Below, one piece after another: positions 38,708 through 52,855 of a stretch of 64,000 nt of DNA. Position 1 is the stretch's first letter. Each line of letters begins with the position of its first letter. Under the pieces are notes generated by a model. The model saw only the letters and a list, made by a program, of their open reading frames with translations, was not told where the DNA came from and made no database searches. The position numbers were made by a program, and so were the translations under genes. This DNA comes from Octopus sinensis (Eukaryota), in the NCBI RefSeq assembly GCF_006345805.1, contig NC_043017.1:19344001-19408000 (forward strand), given 5' to 3'.

Positions 38708-38883
38708 TATATAACAAAGAAGAAGATGAGGACACCACTCCGAATAAATCAACGTACAACAAAGACAATAATTTCACATACCTGAGAAATCTGGAATGGA
38801 ATAAAACTTATGTTAATTTATGTTAATTAATTCATAAAGGAAAGAAATCAACAAAGACACAATTATGAACAAAAATAGAAATC

Positions 38884-38889
38884 TTTATT
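38884..38889 (-). promoter_or_regulatory. Candidate polyadenylation signal AATAAA of a minus-strand transcript
   Basis: tttatt on +; U/GU-rich downstream element on -; adjoins ~1.2 kb of TE-free UTR-like sequence. Confidence 0.35.
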
Positions 38890-41800
38890 ATGCAATACAC
38901 ATGATCTAATTAACATTTCATTGACTCAAAATATATGAAGTAAATATTCACAGTATTGCAACACGCTTAAAATTGACTAGTATGCAAAAAGTGAAAGGTG
39001 GGAGGAGAAGGAGGAGGAGGAGGAGGAGACAGTATTAGGTCTGTTATTAAGAGACATAATAGCAATTTTCGAATAAATTAATTTATGTACACACATTTTT
39101 ACGTTATTATTATTTTTTTGGTGTATTTTTTTTTTTTTGCTTTTTTGATGGGGAGATTAAATTTCTAATAATACTAGGCAGGAAAATGGGAAGGGAGGAG
39201 GAAAAGAGGAGATAGGTGAGGTGAGGTGAGGAGATGGGTTTTTTTTTGACAAGGGGGAGGTTAAATTTGTTAATGTTCTTGAAATTAAAATTGAATAAAT
39301 GAAGGTTACAGGCAGTTATAGATATATATATATATATATGTACAGCTAGAATTAGGAATTGGTTTGTTTGGCAAGTGAAGTACAAAGGAATTGAAAATTT
39401 CACCCCCAAAAGTAAAAAATAGCAAAGTCAATAGATAGATAGGTATAGATATATATATATAAAAAAATTAAAAATAAAAAAAGGGAAAAAAAAATAAACA
39501 GCAGGTTTGTGTCAGTCAATAAATAATGTTAATTTTTTTTTTTTTAATTCCAGTGTTAGTTAATATTTAAATTTAAAAGATAAAAAATATCTAAGAAGAT
39601 ATTTCAAAGTGTTACAAATAAATAAATTTGGAAAGAAAAAGAAAAAAGAAAAATGAAAAAAAAAAACCCTCAGAAAACTCAACAAAAACAAACCAAAAAA
39701 ACCCTCCCAACAAATGAAGAACTAAGTAAAAAAAAAAAGTGTTTGAAGGAAAAGAAACACAAAAATAAGAAACAGAAAAAAAAATATCCCCGCCCAGCCA
39801 GAAATATTTCTATAATACATACAACAAAGATTATTACACAGCAAAAAATCATGGATGATTGATGAGAATATATTGCAAAGGTACTTAGCAGTTTTCACCA
39901 AGTAGAATAGAACAGAAATAAAACATTGCACGAATACTTAGAGTTGCATTGGTACCGTCTGTCTGTTAATTAAAGGTATCTTACCAAAATGTCTCTTGTT
40001 AAGCTCGCAGTCGTTTAATTCTGTTTAATAAATTATATCTGTCGTAGAGTCACTTCTTCTACAACCGTTCTCTCAATCTCTTTATTGCTGTCTGATTCCC
40101 TCTCTCTCTCTCTCTAAATGATTCCAACATCAGAAAAGACAAAAACAAAATGTTGTGAATTAATTCATCAGTTCTGCTCAACTTGTTCTTGTTATTTTTT
40201 TTAACCCTAGGTCAACCCTGATCAAGCAGTTGTATGATCAAACGTTTTCCAGTCACGACCATCCAGTGTTTGTCCTTTGTACAAGAAATCAAGACACATT
40301 TTATCTAATACAGTGTTTCTTATAAAGGGATTTTTTATAAGGACTACGGAAGAATCAGGCAAATTTACCATATTTAACCCTTTAGTGTTCAGATTATTCT
40401 ATCAAACAATGCTTATTGATTCACATTGATTTGAATTAATCATGCATTATCTCATATCTTCAAGATCTTGATGGTGTAATTACTTAATGTAGAATAACAT
40501 TGTAGAGTAGGTGTGAGAGCCTGGATCTGGTCAGTTTGAACATAAAACAGATTAACTATTTTGGCCAGATATGGCCGGTTTAAATACTAAAGGGTTAACC
40601 ATTTTGATATCAATCTGCCTGAGACTGCTCCTGATTCTATGATATACAATATACAAGCCTCCATTTGAAGTCATATCAATGAAAACCTTTTCCCATCAAA
40701 ATTTTATGTTAATTTATGTCCCAAACACCAGATTATGACAAAGTTACTAAATTCTTCATTATTTTCCAAATTAATTGAAACTGAGTGTTTCAACAGAAAT
40801 ATTGAAACAGAAGAGTTAAGAAGTTGTTAAGAGGATACTTTTCTACCTTTCCGGTTCCCTGCCTGCTAACTTAGAAGCCTTTTGACCCTTTCAATACCAA
40901 TCTGCATGAAATTGCCCTGATTCTAGGATACAAACTTCCTGATTATAAAATTCAATTAGCCCTACACCATAATGAAAAATAAAGAAGACCTAGGTGGGGG
41001 CCAAAAATCTATTTTTATTTAGAGCAGAATTAGGAGCTAAAAATTTCACTCATTTCTTTTAAGTGCTGGTGGAGATGGGGATATTTGTTTGGAAACCAGA
41101 TTTCTTGATCTAAGACAGTGGATTGTGATTTGAGGAAGATTTGACTGCTTTTTCTGACTGGTTCAGCAACCACCAAGAAGCTCCTGTCAGCCACGACAGT
41201 GATCGTCTCAGTTGATCTGTTCAAAGGAACAGCCTGCTCATGAAATTAACATGAGCTCTCTCGAGACATGCATACCTATTTCTTTACTACCCACAAGGGG
41301 CTAAACACAGAGGGGACAAACGAGGATTGACAAACGGATTAAGTCGATTATATTGACCCCAGTGCGTAACTGGAACTTAATTTATCGACCCCGAAAGGAT
41401 GAAAGGCAAAGTCGACCTTGGCGGAATTTGAACTCACAACGTAATGGCAGATGAAATACCGCTAAGCATTTCGCCCGGCGTGCTAACGTTTCTGCCTAGA
41501 GACCTGCATACCCTTAACATAAGTCTCAGGGAGATTGAGTGTGACAAGGCTGGCCCCTTTTGAATTATAAGTACAACTCACTATTACCATCAGAGTGGCA
41601 TGGAGCAACATGAAATAAGTGTCTTTCTAAAGGGCACAACACATTGCTAGTGGGAATTGAACTCAGGACCCTAGGATCATGAACCACTAAGCTATGCATC
41701 TTCACAATGAAATTGATTGAACAAGTTACCATTCACTCACCATTCCAAACTCCAGCCATCACATCTTTATTGAGTCACGTTATTAATTTAAGGTGAAGAA

Positions 41801-44800
41801 TTAACCCTTTTCATACCAACTAACCAAGTTCTATGATACAAGTTTCCTGTTTTAAGCAAACACCCTGTTTTAAAATTATCTAAATTAAAATTTACCATTA
41901 AAATTTCATGTTAATTTCAAATAATGGATGAATAATGACAAACTTATTTCATACTAAATTCTTCGTTATTTTAAAAATTAATTGAAATAGATGAAGCGTA
42001 TTTTGACTGTAATGAAAAGATTAAATATAAACCCAAACAAATGCAGGGACCATCTTTCTGAAATGAATAACGGGTTTATTGATGGAGATTTGGCAGTTTT
42101 ATTGGGCTGAGTGAATGATGGTGATGATGTTGAAAACACTAATGATTCTGTTTGTAATAGGGATAACGGCAATAGTGAAAGATGGAACAAGATATTCTAC
42201 AAAGTTAGCATAAAGAAAAAAAAACAAAACTAACATTGGAAGATGCTGAGTGTGAATTAAAGTGGAAAGAAGAGAAAGATGAAATGATAATGGTGATCGA
42301 AGATATGACACAAAAGAGATCATAGTTTTATATTTCCGGAAGAATCTTTGAAGATAAACATAAATTTACAAAAAAAAAAAAAAAAAAAAAAAGAAAAGGA
42401 AATTTTCTCTTTGGATCTAAAAGTGTTTTAATGGCAATTATCTGAGGAAACTTAAACCATGGGTTCAATATTTATTCATTTGTTTCATAAAATATATTGA
42501 TTCCTTATTGATGTTTTAAAAGCAGAAGGCCATATAGGAGATAAAATGGAGAAAAGTTGTGTAATGTTTACGTTGTTCGCAAAGAACATTAGCGACACAA
42601 AAGTAAAGTGAGAAATCTGTAATAACTGGGAGTCAAATACTGAGCTGTGAGCCAAGTTCACTCTGGAAGTCACCTACCGCTTCTTGTGTCTGAAATTTAC
42701 TTATTTAGCTTCAAGTTCTTTAAGTCCTTACAACTGCCATCATCATCATCATCATTGTTTTAACATTCACTTTTCCATGTTTGCATGCATCAGATAGAGT
42801 TTATTGAGTCAGATTTTCTATGACTGGATGTTCTTCCTGTTGCCAACTATTACCTGTTTCCAAGCAAGCTAATATTTCCCAAGGGTTAAACAAGTTCTTG
42901 CAGGACATTGGAAACGACACTGCTTGTATGTCAGTGACACTCATTTACAATTATCATGAGATGTCAAGACAAGGAGTCAAAAATACACATGCTTACATGT
43001 GTATGTGTGATACTGTGTATATGTATATATATATATATATATACATATAAAAAGCATCCACTACACTCACGGAGTGGTTGGCGTTAGGAAGGGCATCCAG
43101 CCGTAGAAACACTGCCAGATTTGACTGGGCCTGATGAAGCCTTCTGGCTTAACAGACCCCAGTAGAACCGTCCAACCCATGCTAGCATGGAAAACGGACG
43201 CTAAACGATGATGATGATGATGATGACATATATATATATATATGTATATACACGATGGGATTCCTTCAGTTTCCATCTATCAAATCCATTCACAAGGTTT
43301 TGGCAGGCCTGGGGATATAACAGAAAATGCTCAACCAAGGTACAAGACAGTGGGACTGAACCTATAACCATGTGGTTGGGAAGCAATCTTCTTAACCATA
43401 CAGCAACACCTGCACCTATATGCTAAGATCTGAGGAATATTATGAACTTTAATTAACATTTAATATTCTATTGAATGTTTCTAAGTTGAAATTCCAGTCC
43501 TGCAATAATTCAGTAAAAGAACAGAATTGATAGACAGGATGAGAATGGCTCACTTCTTCCAGAATGAATGTTAACAAGGCTAGTATGATTTTTGTGATAT
43601 CATGTATTTCATGACCAGCTGACTGAAGGATATCCCTATGTGATACTGTGTCTTATACAAAATTATATTATCGAGTAATTTGAATTAATATTCTTTCTAA
43701 TTCTGGCACAAGGCCAGTAATTTTTGAGGGGAGGGAAAAGTCAATTACAGCAACCTCAGTATTTAACTGGTACTTTATTTTATCGATCCCAAAAGATGAA
43801 AAATAAAGTTGACCCCAGTGCAATTTGAACTCAGAATGTAAAACACTAGCAAGGAATGCTGCTCAGTATTTTGTCTGATACCATAACAATTCTGCTAGCT
43901 CAGGACACCAATTTTCAGGGAAAGGGTTAGTCAATGCCATCAACATCAGAACTTGACAGATGACATTTACAGACTCCAGCCCTTGATTTGTAGTTGATTA
44001 AATTGACTCCTACATGAGGTAGCTGTAGGTCAGCCTCACGAAGGACTGGAGTAGCACTCAGAGGCCAGTCTCATACACTAAGTTACCTTAATACCTGAGA
44101 AACCCCTAAATAAGCTCTCGTTCCTTGCGTCTGTAAGTCCTATACAAAGATTTTAGACTTTATTATTCACATACATCAATAATTAAACATAGAGACATGA
44201 AGATGGAAACACACAGACAATTCCTGTGGATGTGAAATTTACACTTTTCTGCTTTACACTATTCTAACTAGGTTGCTCTCAACTATGACTTTAACCGATC
44301 CTGTGTGTAGACATACAAGTCCATTCAACCAATATTTATTACATTGTAATAGATGTATTAGTATTTCAACAATACATTAATAATTGAGTTCTTAAATACT
44401 GTAGATATATTTTATCAATATACATCAACTAGTCAGTATGGGTTTATACATACACACACCGCATAGATGTGCTCAAGTTGAACCTATATTTTTTAAAAAT
44501 TTTATCTAGTTTCAGCTCACGAGCTGTGGCCATGCTGGGGCACCGCCATATGTATATTGTGAAATACTTTAACTGAGGAAAGCTTACATAATGGATACAT
44601 TTCCTAGTATATATTATGTAAACATACGTATTAAATAATTTCAAAATATCATTATTTGCTTTCACGTCATTAACATATATATATATATAACAAGATGGAA
44701 TGAATAAGCTTAATTATTACAGCCTGTTCATTCCATTTTCTTATTTTATAATTTTTATATGAATTCTGCATACACTAATGGATTTCCATATGTATATCCA

Positions 44801-44921
44801 GTATAAGGAGTACCCCAGCTGCATGATGGCATATGGTAGCCAATAGCAGTATAGGAGCTTTGACATGCACATTATGTGGTTATTACCCAGATGATATTAT
44901 ATAAATATATATATATATATA

Positions 44922-45125
44922 GGTGGCATGCTGTGCAGGTGGCACGTAAAAAGCACCCACTACACTCACGGAGTGGTTGGCGTTAGGAAGGGCATCCAGC
45001 TGTAGAAACATTGCCAGATAGGACTGGAGCCTGGTGCAGCCTTCTGGCTTCCCAGATCCCCGGTCGAACCGTCCAACCCATGCTAGCATGGAGAACGGAC
45101 GTTAAACGATGATGATGATGATGAT
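44922..45125 (+). mobile_element. SINE/LINE-tail family C ending in (GAT)n
   Basis: gagtggttggcgttaggaagggcatccagc...aacccatgctagcatgga...aaacgatgatg; copies at ~43060-43225, 57125-57290, 58040-58230 and 59675-60010(-). Confidence 0.7.
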
Positions 45126-45340
45126 ATATATATATGTATACATATGAAACTCATAAGAGTACAGTTATTATATGCTCTAATATTTGTTTGCAATTCCTAA
45201 AATACTTCGCTGAAAGTGAGAGATCTGCTTCAATGAACCGAATATTATTAATGAGTTATATAATTAAGTAGTATATAATTTTAATTTTGCACATTTTCAG
45301 CATTTTTAAAAATCAAATATCTGGAATATATAAGTAATAT

Positions 45341-45398
<58 letters not shown>

Positions 45399-45600
45399 AG
45401 GAATAAATAAGTAAATATAAATATACGGGGATTTAATTAATATTAATTAGAAATGTCAAAGAAGAAAAATGAATTTGTTGAGTGCTAATGCTTAGCTATA
45501 TTGACTGATTGATTAAAAATCAATATTTAGCTGTAATACAATTGAATATAATTCCAAAGTCATCTGTGTATATGTGTATGTCAGAAAGATATATTTATAT

Positions 45601-45649
<49 letters not shown>

Positions 45650-47095
45650 AAGCAAGAATGAGAGAGAGAAACAAAGAGACATGAAGAAAGATAGAAAGTT
45701 TGTACAGAATGTTTAATTGATAAAGCTAAGATTCAATTAGTTGATTAGAAAAAATCAATAGGTAAACTATTATGATTTGAAGTTTATAAACTGAAGATGT
45801 GACTATGTTAAATAAAAGTATGTTTGATTGATAGCACTAAGTTAGGAACTTAAGAATCAATCAATCGATTTGGAATCAATAATTAAGTATAGACAACTGA
45901 AGTTTATTAAAAAAAATATTCCAAACTAATGGGAATAAGGGGCAAAGTTCTAGTGATGTTGGTGGCAGTGGTAGGAGTGATGGTGATGATGATGATGATG
46001 ATGATGAAAGCTATGTCACATTTTGGTTTGGTCTAAGAAGACAGAAGGAAACATTTGTACCAATATACTTTAGCTTCCACATGCATATATGACCACATAA
46101 TTCATCTAGACTTTCTTGTATTATAAGGAATTTATGCAGCAAGATTTATTGCTAGCTACAACAGAAAATGTGTAAATAGTTTCAAAGCTATACACACTAT
46201 TTACATTTTAAATGAATCTTTTTTTGGCAGGGTGGATGGGGTGTCTGGCAATAAGATACAACATTATCAAACTTATCTATGATCCACTGCAAATCAAACA
46301 ATAACACAATGAACAAATCTACGGAACTTAACTGTTCTAATGTCAATCCACTTAAGACCACCACCCTATGATACAAGCTTCTAGTTTTAAAGTGATCTAA
46401 ATTAAAATTTCCATCAAAATTTCATGTTGATTCATGTCCCAAACACCAGATTGATAAGGACAAAAGATATTTTACTAAGTTCTTCCGTATTTTCAAAATT
46501 AATTGAAAATTAGGCAGTGTTTTTCAAGAGAAAAATGGTAACAAAAGAGTTAAGTCAGAGTTGTTAAGTGGAACCTTCTTTGCTTTCTTATAGAATAACA
46601 AACATTTGAACCAGACCTTCTAGTTCCATGCCAGCTAGCTTGGGAGCATTTTAACCCTTTTGATACCAACCCCTTTGAGACTGCTCCTGCTTCTATCATA
46701 CAAACTTGTTGCCATAAAGTGATCTAAATTAATATTTTTCCATCAAAATTTCGTGTTAATTTATATTCTAGACACCAGCTTAATGATGTACAAACATACA
46801 TATGTATGCATTCTAAAATGGGATTGGATGGCCAGGAAAAGAATGATGGTAGGTCTGTGTGCCTAGATGTACAGGTGAATGTATGTGTGTCTGAGCCATT
46901 CTTCAGCAGGGCTGAGAACTGTAAATGCATCCATAAACCAAAATAGGATGCTGAGTTAGTTATATAAGCTGAACAGCTAGGTTAACATTATACTTGGCAT
47001 ATATTATGCAGTATGTATATAAATTCAAATTTACATATATTTTAAATGCATGTGTACACACAAATGCACATATATTTATGTGCGTGTATGTGAAT

Positions 47096-47301
47096 CCCTG
47101 GAGAAAGACATCATGCTTGGAATGGTCAGTGGCAAGAGTGGAAGAGGCCGACCAAGAACCCGCTGGCTTGACACCATCAAGAGTGATACCGGAATGGACA
47201 TAGCCAATCTGAAAGAAGCGGCCCAGGATAGAACTGACTGGAGGACACTGATCCAACGAGTAACCGAGAGTCGACTTCGACTGAGCGGATAGATAGATAT
47301 A
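47096..47301 (+). mobile_element. RTE LINE 3' fragment, same family as 31401-32256
   Basis: LEKDIMLGMVSGKSGRGRPRTRWLD...RLRLSG*; (GATA)n tail; TSD gtatgtgaat at 47086-47095 and 47302-47311. Confidence 0.88.
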
Positions 47302-47656
47302 GTATGTGAATGAAAATATATACATATATATATACATATGTACACACATACATAATATACTATATTGAACTCAAATTATATCGACCAGACTGATGGATGT
47401 TGTTATACATCGCTGGTCACAATGCACTTTGCATTGTTTTTTAGCTTTTGGACAATGCCACTCCACTGGGTAGGCGAGCAGGTCAATGTTGACCCTGCTC
47501 GGAAGGTTAGTCCATTGCAAGGTTACCCATTCATAGCTGAGTGGACTGGAGCAAAGTGAAGGAAGACCTAGTGGTTAGGGTGTTGTGCTCATAGTTACTA
47601 CACCATGGGTTCAATTCCTGGACAAAGCAGCATATTGTGTTCTTGAGCAAAACATG

Positions 47657-47687
<31 letters not shown>

Positions 47688-47725
47688 TATACAGGTATGT
47701 TGTCGCAAGCAGGAAAAAATAGAAC

Positions 47726-47770
<45 letters not shown>

Positions 47771-48264
47771 AGAGAGAGAGAGAGAGAGAGATTGAAGCAT
47801 TTAGTCATCAGTGAGGTATCAAAATCAGGGTAATTTGTCATAAGTAACATCATGGGACTTATGATAAGACCTTGTTAATTTAATGTTTAATTATTATATA
47901 GCCAGATAACTAGAAAGAGAGAGAGAGAGAAAGGAAATAGGCAAACGTCTTTTGTCAGTATGATGTCAGCAATGTTTTAATTGATATAATTAATGTATTG
48001 AAGAGTACAAAATAGAAAAAGATGCAAAAAAAAAAAAAACAAGGAACGGAGATGGGGACGTGTATGTGTGTGTGGTATGTGTGTGTGGTATGTGAGTTGT
48101 GAAAAAGAAATGAGACCAATTTGTGTATGCATTTTCTTTACCCTCGGAACGGAGAATTACGACATCCTGTCAATCTGTTTGATTCAGGATTAATGATTGA
48201 TTAATATATACAAACAAAACCAACAAAAAACAAAAAAAAATAATTACATCAACCGTTGGAATAA

Positions 48265-48304
<40 letters not shown>

Positions 48305-48556
48305 CACACACATACATACATATGTATATATATGTTCTTCTGACAATAAAGTACAAAACTGTACTAGCAAAATGATGTGGTTGTGGGGTTGGAGTGAGAG
48401 ACAGGGAGAAGGGGAGCGTCGCCAGTTTTCTATTTTTTTTTGGTACAATATTACAATATTTTCACCCAAAACCACCACCAGTATTTATAATACAGGAAAG
48501 AAATTATTGGTTTAATTTTATGAAAAAAGGCTACCATTTATATATATATATGCATA

Positions 48557-48594
<38 letters not shown>

Positions 48595-48984
48595 TATAGA
48601 TATACACATACATATATATGTGTATGTGCATGTTTGTATGTTATAGTCCTGGAGGAGTGAGGTTCACTTAGAAAATAAGAACTCAAAAGTAAAAAGTTTG
48701 CGTATTGGCACCTTTAATCCGTAACAGCGAGTAGAACAAAATACATTTTGTTGGACTCATAATTATGGATTCAACACATATACATGTATATATATGTGCA
48801 CACACACACATATATATATATACATATGTATATATACATATGTGTATATATATATATACATATGTATATATACATATATATATATATACATATATATAAT
48901 ATATATACATATGTAATATATACATATATATATATATACATATGTATATATACATATATATATATATACATAATATATATATAC

Positions 48985-49021
<37 letters not shown>

Positions 49022-49054
49022 CATAATATATATACATATGTAAATATATATACA

Positions 49055-49177
49055 CTTTATTTAAAGCAGCAGAAAATTCAACAAAACCTGTTACTCTGAG
49101 TTTCACGTTCCCGTTCGTCAGGAACGTGAAACTCAGAGTAACAGGTTTTGTTGAATTTTCTGCTGCTTTAAATAAAG
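49055..49177. repeat. Perfect 57-bp inverted repeat with a 9-nt loop
   Basis: 49055-49111 is the reverse complement of 49121-49177. Confidence 0.92.
49087..49121 (-). ncRNA. Hammerhead core inside the palindrome
   Basis: Minus strand: CUGACGA-acg ggaa cgt-GAAA-ctcagag-U-A-acagg; canonical core, but the 5' strand of stem I is replaced by the foldback. Confidence 0.5.
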
Positions 49178-49248
49178 CATATTACTCTACCACTGGTATT
49201 TGAGTACTCTTTTTTCCACCTTGTTTCATATTTATGTGTTTACTCCGG

Positions 49249-49288
<40 letters not shown>

Positions 49289-49309
49289 TACATGTACATA
49301 TAGTCATAA

Positions 49310-49358
49310 CTTGCCTGAAGATTCTGTGCAGCCACCAAGTGAAACTCAGAGTAGCAAG
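49310..49358 (+). ncRNA. Type-I hammerhead-like motif
   Basis: cttgc-CUGAAGA-[imperfect stem II]-GAAA-ctcagag-U-A-gcaag; 5-bp stem I plus distal agtca/tgact pairing. Confidence 0.55.
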
Positions 49359-50016
49359 AGGCTGACTCGACCAAAATAGAATATATTATATTATCAATAT
49401 CTACTATGGTACTGTATACTCTTGTTTCCAACAGTCAACACTAAACAGACACACACACACATATATATATACACAAACAACTGTTTTTTTTTTATTTAAG
49501 CAACAGTATTGAGCAGTCTGACAGTTTCTGAGCCAGAGAATTCAATTTATTTTTTTAGAGTGGAGAGGGACATGGGGACAGGGGCAGATGGTGGTGGGTG
49601 AGAGGTGTGTGTTGGGGAGGAAGAAAGAGTTAGCAGCAACCCATAGCTTTCCCATTAAAGCCTTTATAAGTGACATTTGTTCACCTAGAAGTCACATTTA
49701 TACACAAAACGAGATTAATTTTTTGTAAATTTTTCTTTTTAGATAGATAGATAGATTATTTAACATGCTCTTTGTATTATTATTATTATTATTATTATTA
49801 GTTATCATTTTTTTGTTAGTGTTTTTTAGAGGTTGTTTTTTGATTATTTTTTTAACAGTTGTATATATATATATTTATTTATATTTATATATAATAAACT
49901 ATTTTAGTATGTTATTATCCAATGCAGAAATAACGAAAAAGAATCCACTCACCTGATAATTACTAAACATCATCACAAAGTTGGTAGTCAAAGACACTTT
50001 TCAGAATAAAATACAC

Positions 50017-50051
<35 letters not shown>

Positions 50052-52812
50052 CTATATATATATATATATATATTATTATATAAATAGATATATATAATAT
50101 ATAATAATATATATATAATATATATAATAATATATAATATATATATATATATATATAATATATAAAATTATATATATATATAATATATAAAATTATATAT
50201 ATTATATATATAATATATAAAATTATATATATATATATATAATATATATGTATATATATACACACACATTTATTTATTTATATAAATTAAAACAACAAAT
50301 TTTAATCCAACTATGAAAGTATTTTCATTCGCAGAAAACAATATAATGAACTTTACACTGTACAGTTAAATAATATTGCAGACAACTGTACAATCTTTAT
50401 TATTATAATTAATATCGTTATTATTATAGACAAATGTGTGGTTAATATTTCTTTTATAGTATTGATCAGTCATTCAATTTGAAAAAGTTAATCATTTATC
50501 ACCTAAATTCAACCAAACAGGAAGACACTATACATATTATATACATACACATATACATTTACTGATATATATATACATATACACACACACATTATATATA
50601 TATATAATGAGTATTGAAAGTAGTTTATCAGTGTTTTGTCCAATGGCAACGGCAGAGATGAAAATATGAAACTTCAGTTCATTCCCAATCTTTTTTTTTT
50701 CCTTCTGCTACTAAGATGGCTTGGCTAAAAACGCAAACCCGAACAATATACGAAAAACATCCTGACAATGCAATTTTCATTTTAACAAACGTAAGGGGTG
50801 TACAGATGGGAGTTTAAAAACCATTCTTGTTTGTGTCTTTTTCAGACTCGGTTTTAAGACTTTCTAAAAAAAAAAAAAAAAAAAATCATAGTAAAAAATG
50901 AAAATTTCCTGTTTTATGTCATTTATTTTATGTGTTTAATGGTGTAGAATTGGAACCCAAAATAAAGAAACAAGCATAATGCTAAACCTCTTCCTGCCAT
51001 ACAGTCCCAAATGGTCCTACACCAACATGAAAGTATTGTGCTCTACTTCTACATAACAAAGTACACAAACTGATCTTTTCCTTTTGCTATTTCACATGAT
51101 CTTGCAGAAAATCTATTAATGGCCTCTTTTAAACCAAAAGCTAATCTTAGCTAATTCCACAGCAAATATAACGTACTGTGCCATAAGCCCATAGCTCTTT
51201 GATGGGTTTCTTTTAGAGGTGCCACCATGACATATGGTGTGTCTTGAGCATATTTTTTGGACCTGGTTGAGTCTCTATCACTTCAGAACAGACCATAGTC
51301 CGTTTCTTCCAGGTGAGAACGAGAAAAAGAAAGTAAGAGAGAGAATAACTGACACCTGTACAGGTACTTTAATCATTGACTCTGGAAGGCTGATTCAAAC
51401 TTCACCTCAACAGAGGTTAGAAACCAGATCGTAAAGACCTGGAAGGAACACTGCATAGCATTTTGTTCAACTCTCAACATTTCTGCCAGCTTGCCATCTC
51501 GGTAATTTGTTCTGATTTTGGTCCAAGAGCCAAATTTCGAGGGGAGGGGAAAGTTGATTACTTTGACTCCCTACTTGATTAGCACTTTACTTTATTGACC
51601 CTGAAAGGCAAAGTTGACCTCAGTGGCATTTGAACTCAGAATGTAAAGAGCAGCAAAAAAATACTGCTAAGCATTTTGTCCAACATGCTAATAAACCTGT
51701 CAGCTCACCACCATAAAAAACAACAACAACATACACACACAAACGTGTAAGTGTGATTAATGTAGTTGCCATCTGAAAGTTGATTAAGGTCAATGATAAT
51801 CATTTAATACCTAAACACAATGGTTTACCAAACCACATGATCCACCCCCACCCCCATATCATTCACAAAACCTTCCAGGCAAGTTCCATGTGCATCATTT
51901 AACCCTTTCACATTAAAGCTCAATGTTGGCCCTCTTTGTTCAAAGAAGTAAACCTAGATGGGTTTCCTTGAGCCAGAGACAGTGCTAACTTCAAGCTTCG
52001 GTTGACTAACTCCTTAATGCCATCTCGTTAGGCAAAATTCTAATTATATCCTGCTTGAAGAAGTACCATTGCAAAGAAAAGATCTGAACAAGAAATAATA
52101 ATAATAATAATTGTTTCAAATTTTGGCACAAGGCCAGAAATTTTAAAAGGTGTGGGGGTAGTCAGTCAAGTGCATCGACTCCAATATTTGATCAGTACTT
52201 TGTTTTATCGACCCTGAGAGGACGTAAGGCAAAGTTGACCTCGGCAGTATTTGAGCTTAGAACATGAATTGCTGGAAGAAATACAGCAAAGCATTTTCTC
52301 CAACGGTTCTAACGATTCGGCCAGCTCATCACCCCATTAATAATAATCATAATAATAATAATAATAATAAAAATTTCACTTACAGACATCTGTGTTGTAT
52401 TCTGAAAGTGAAGAGTCTGAAAACTATACAACTACTACACAAGAATGGTTTCTACAGTAATCTAACGGATGATCTAGTCTAAAGTTAAGATGGACTGCAT
52501 ATCTTCCATTAAACTTAGTCTATATCCTCATGTATACCCCCAACGTTTGCAATCTGTTTTTAGCCAGGCAAATGACAGCAGTTGGAAAGCAGTGGTCAAT
52601 GAACATTCCTGTGGGAAAATAACATGTGTATGTCTCATGGCTAAAATTTTATGGATATATATATATATATAAATAAAATATATATCTGGATGCATGTATG
52701 TATGTATATATATATATATATATAATATATAATGGCTGCCCCCTCGTTATCGAGTATGGCCAATATATATATATATATTATATATATATATATACATACA
52801 TACATACACATA

Positions 52813-52855
<43 letters not shown>

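Noticed and set aside
51217-51312. Possible plus-strand exon with GCCACCATG and a good donor
   Set aside because: The Kozak ATG gives only 6 codons, all three through-frames are closed, and no partner exons are visible.
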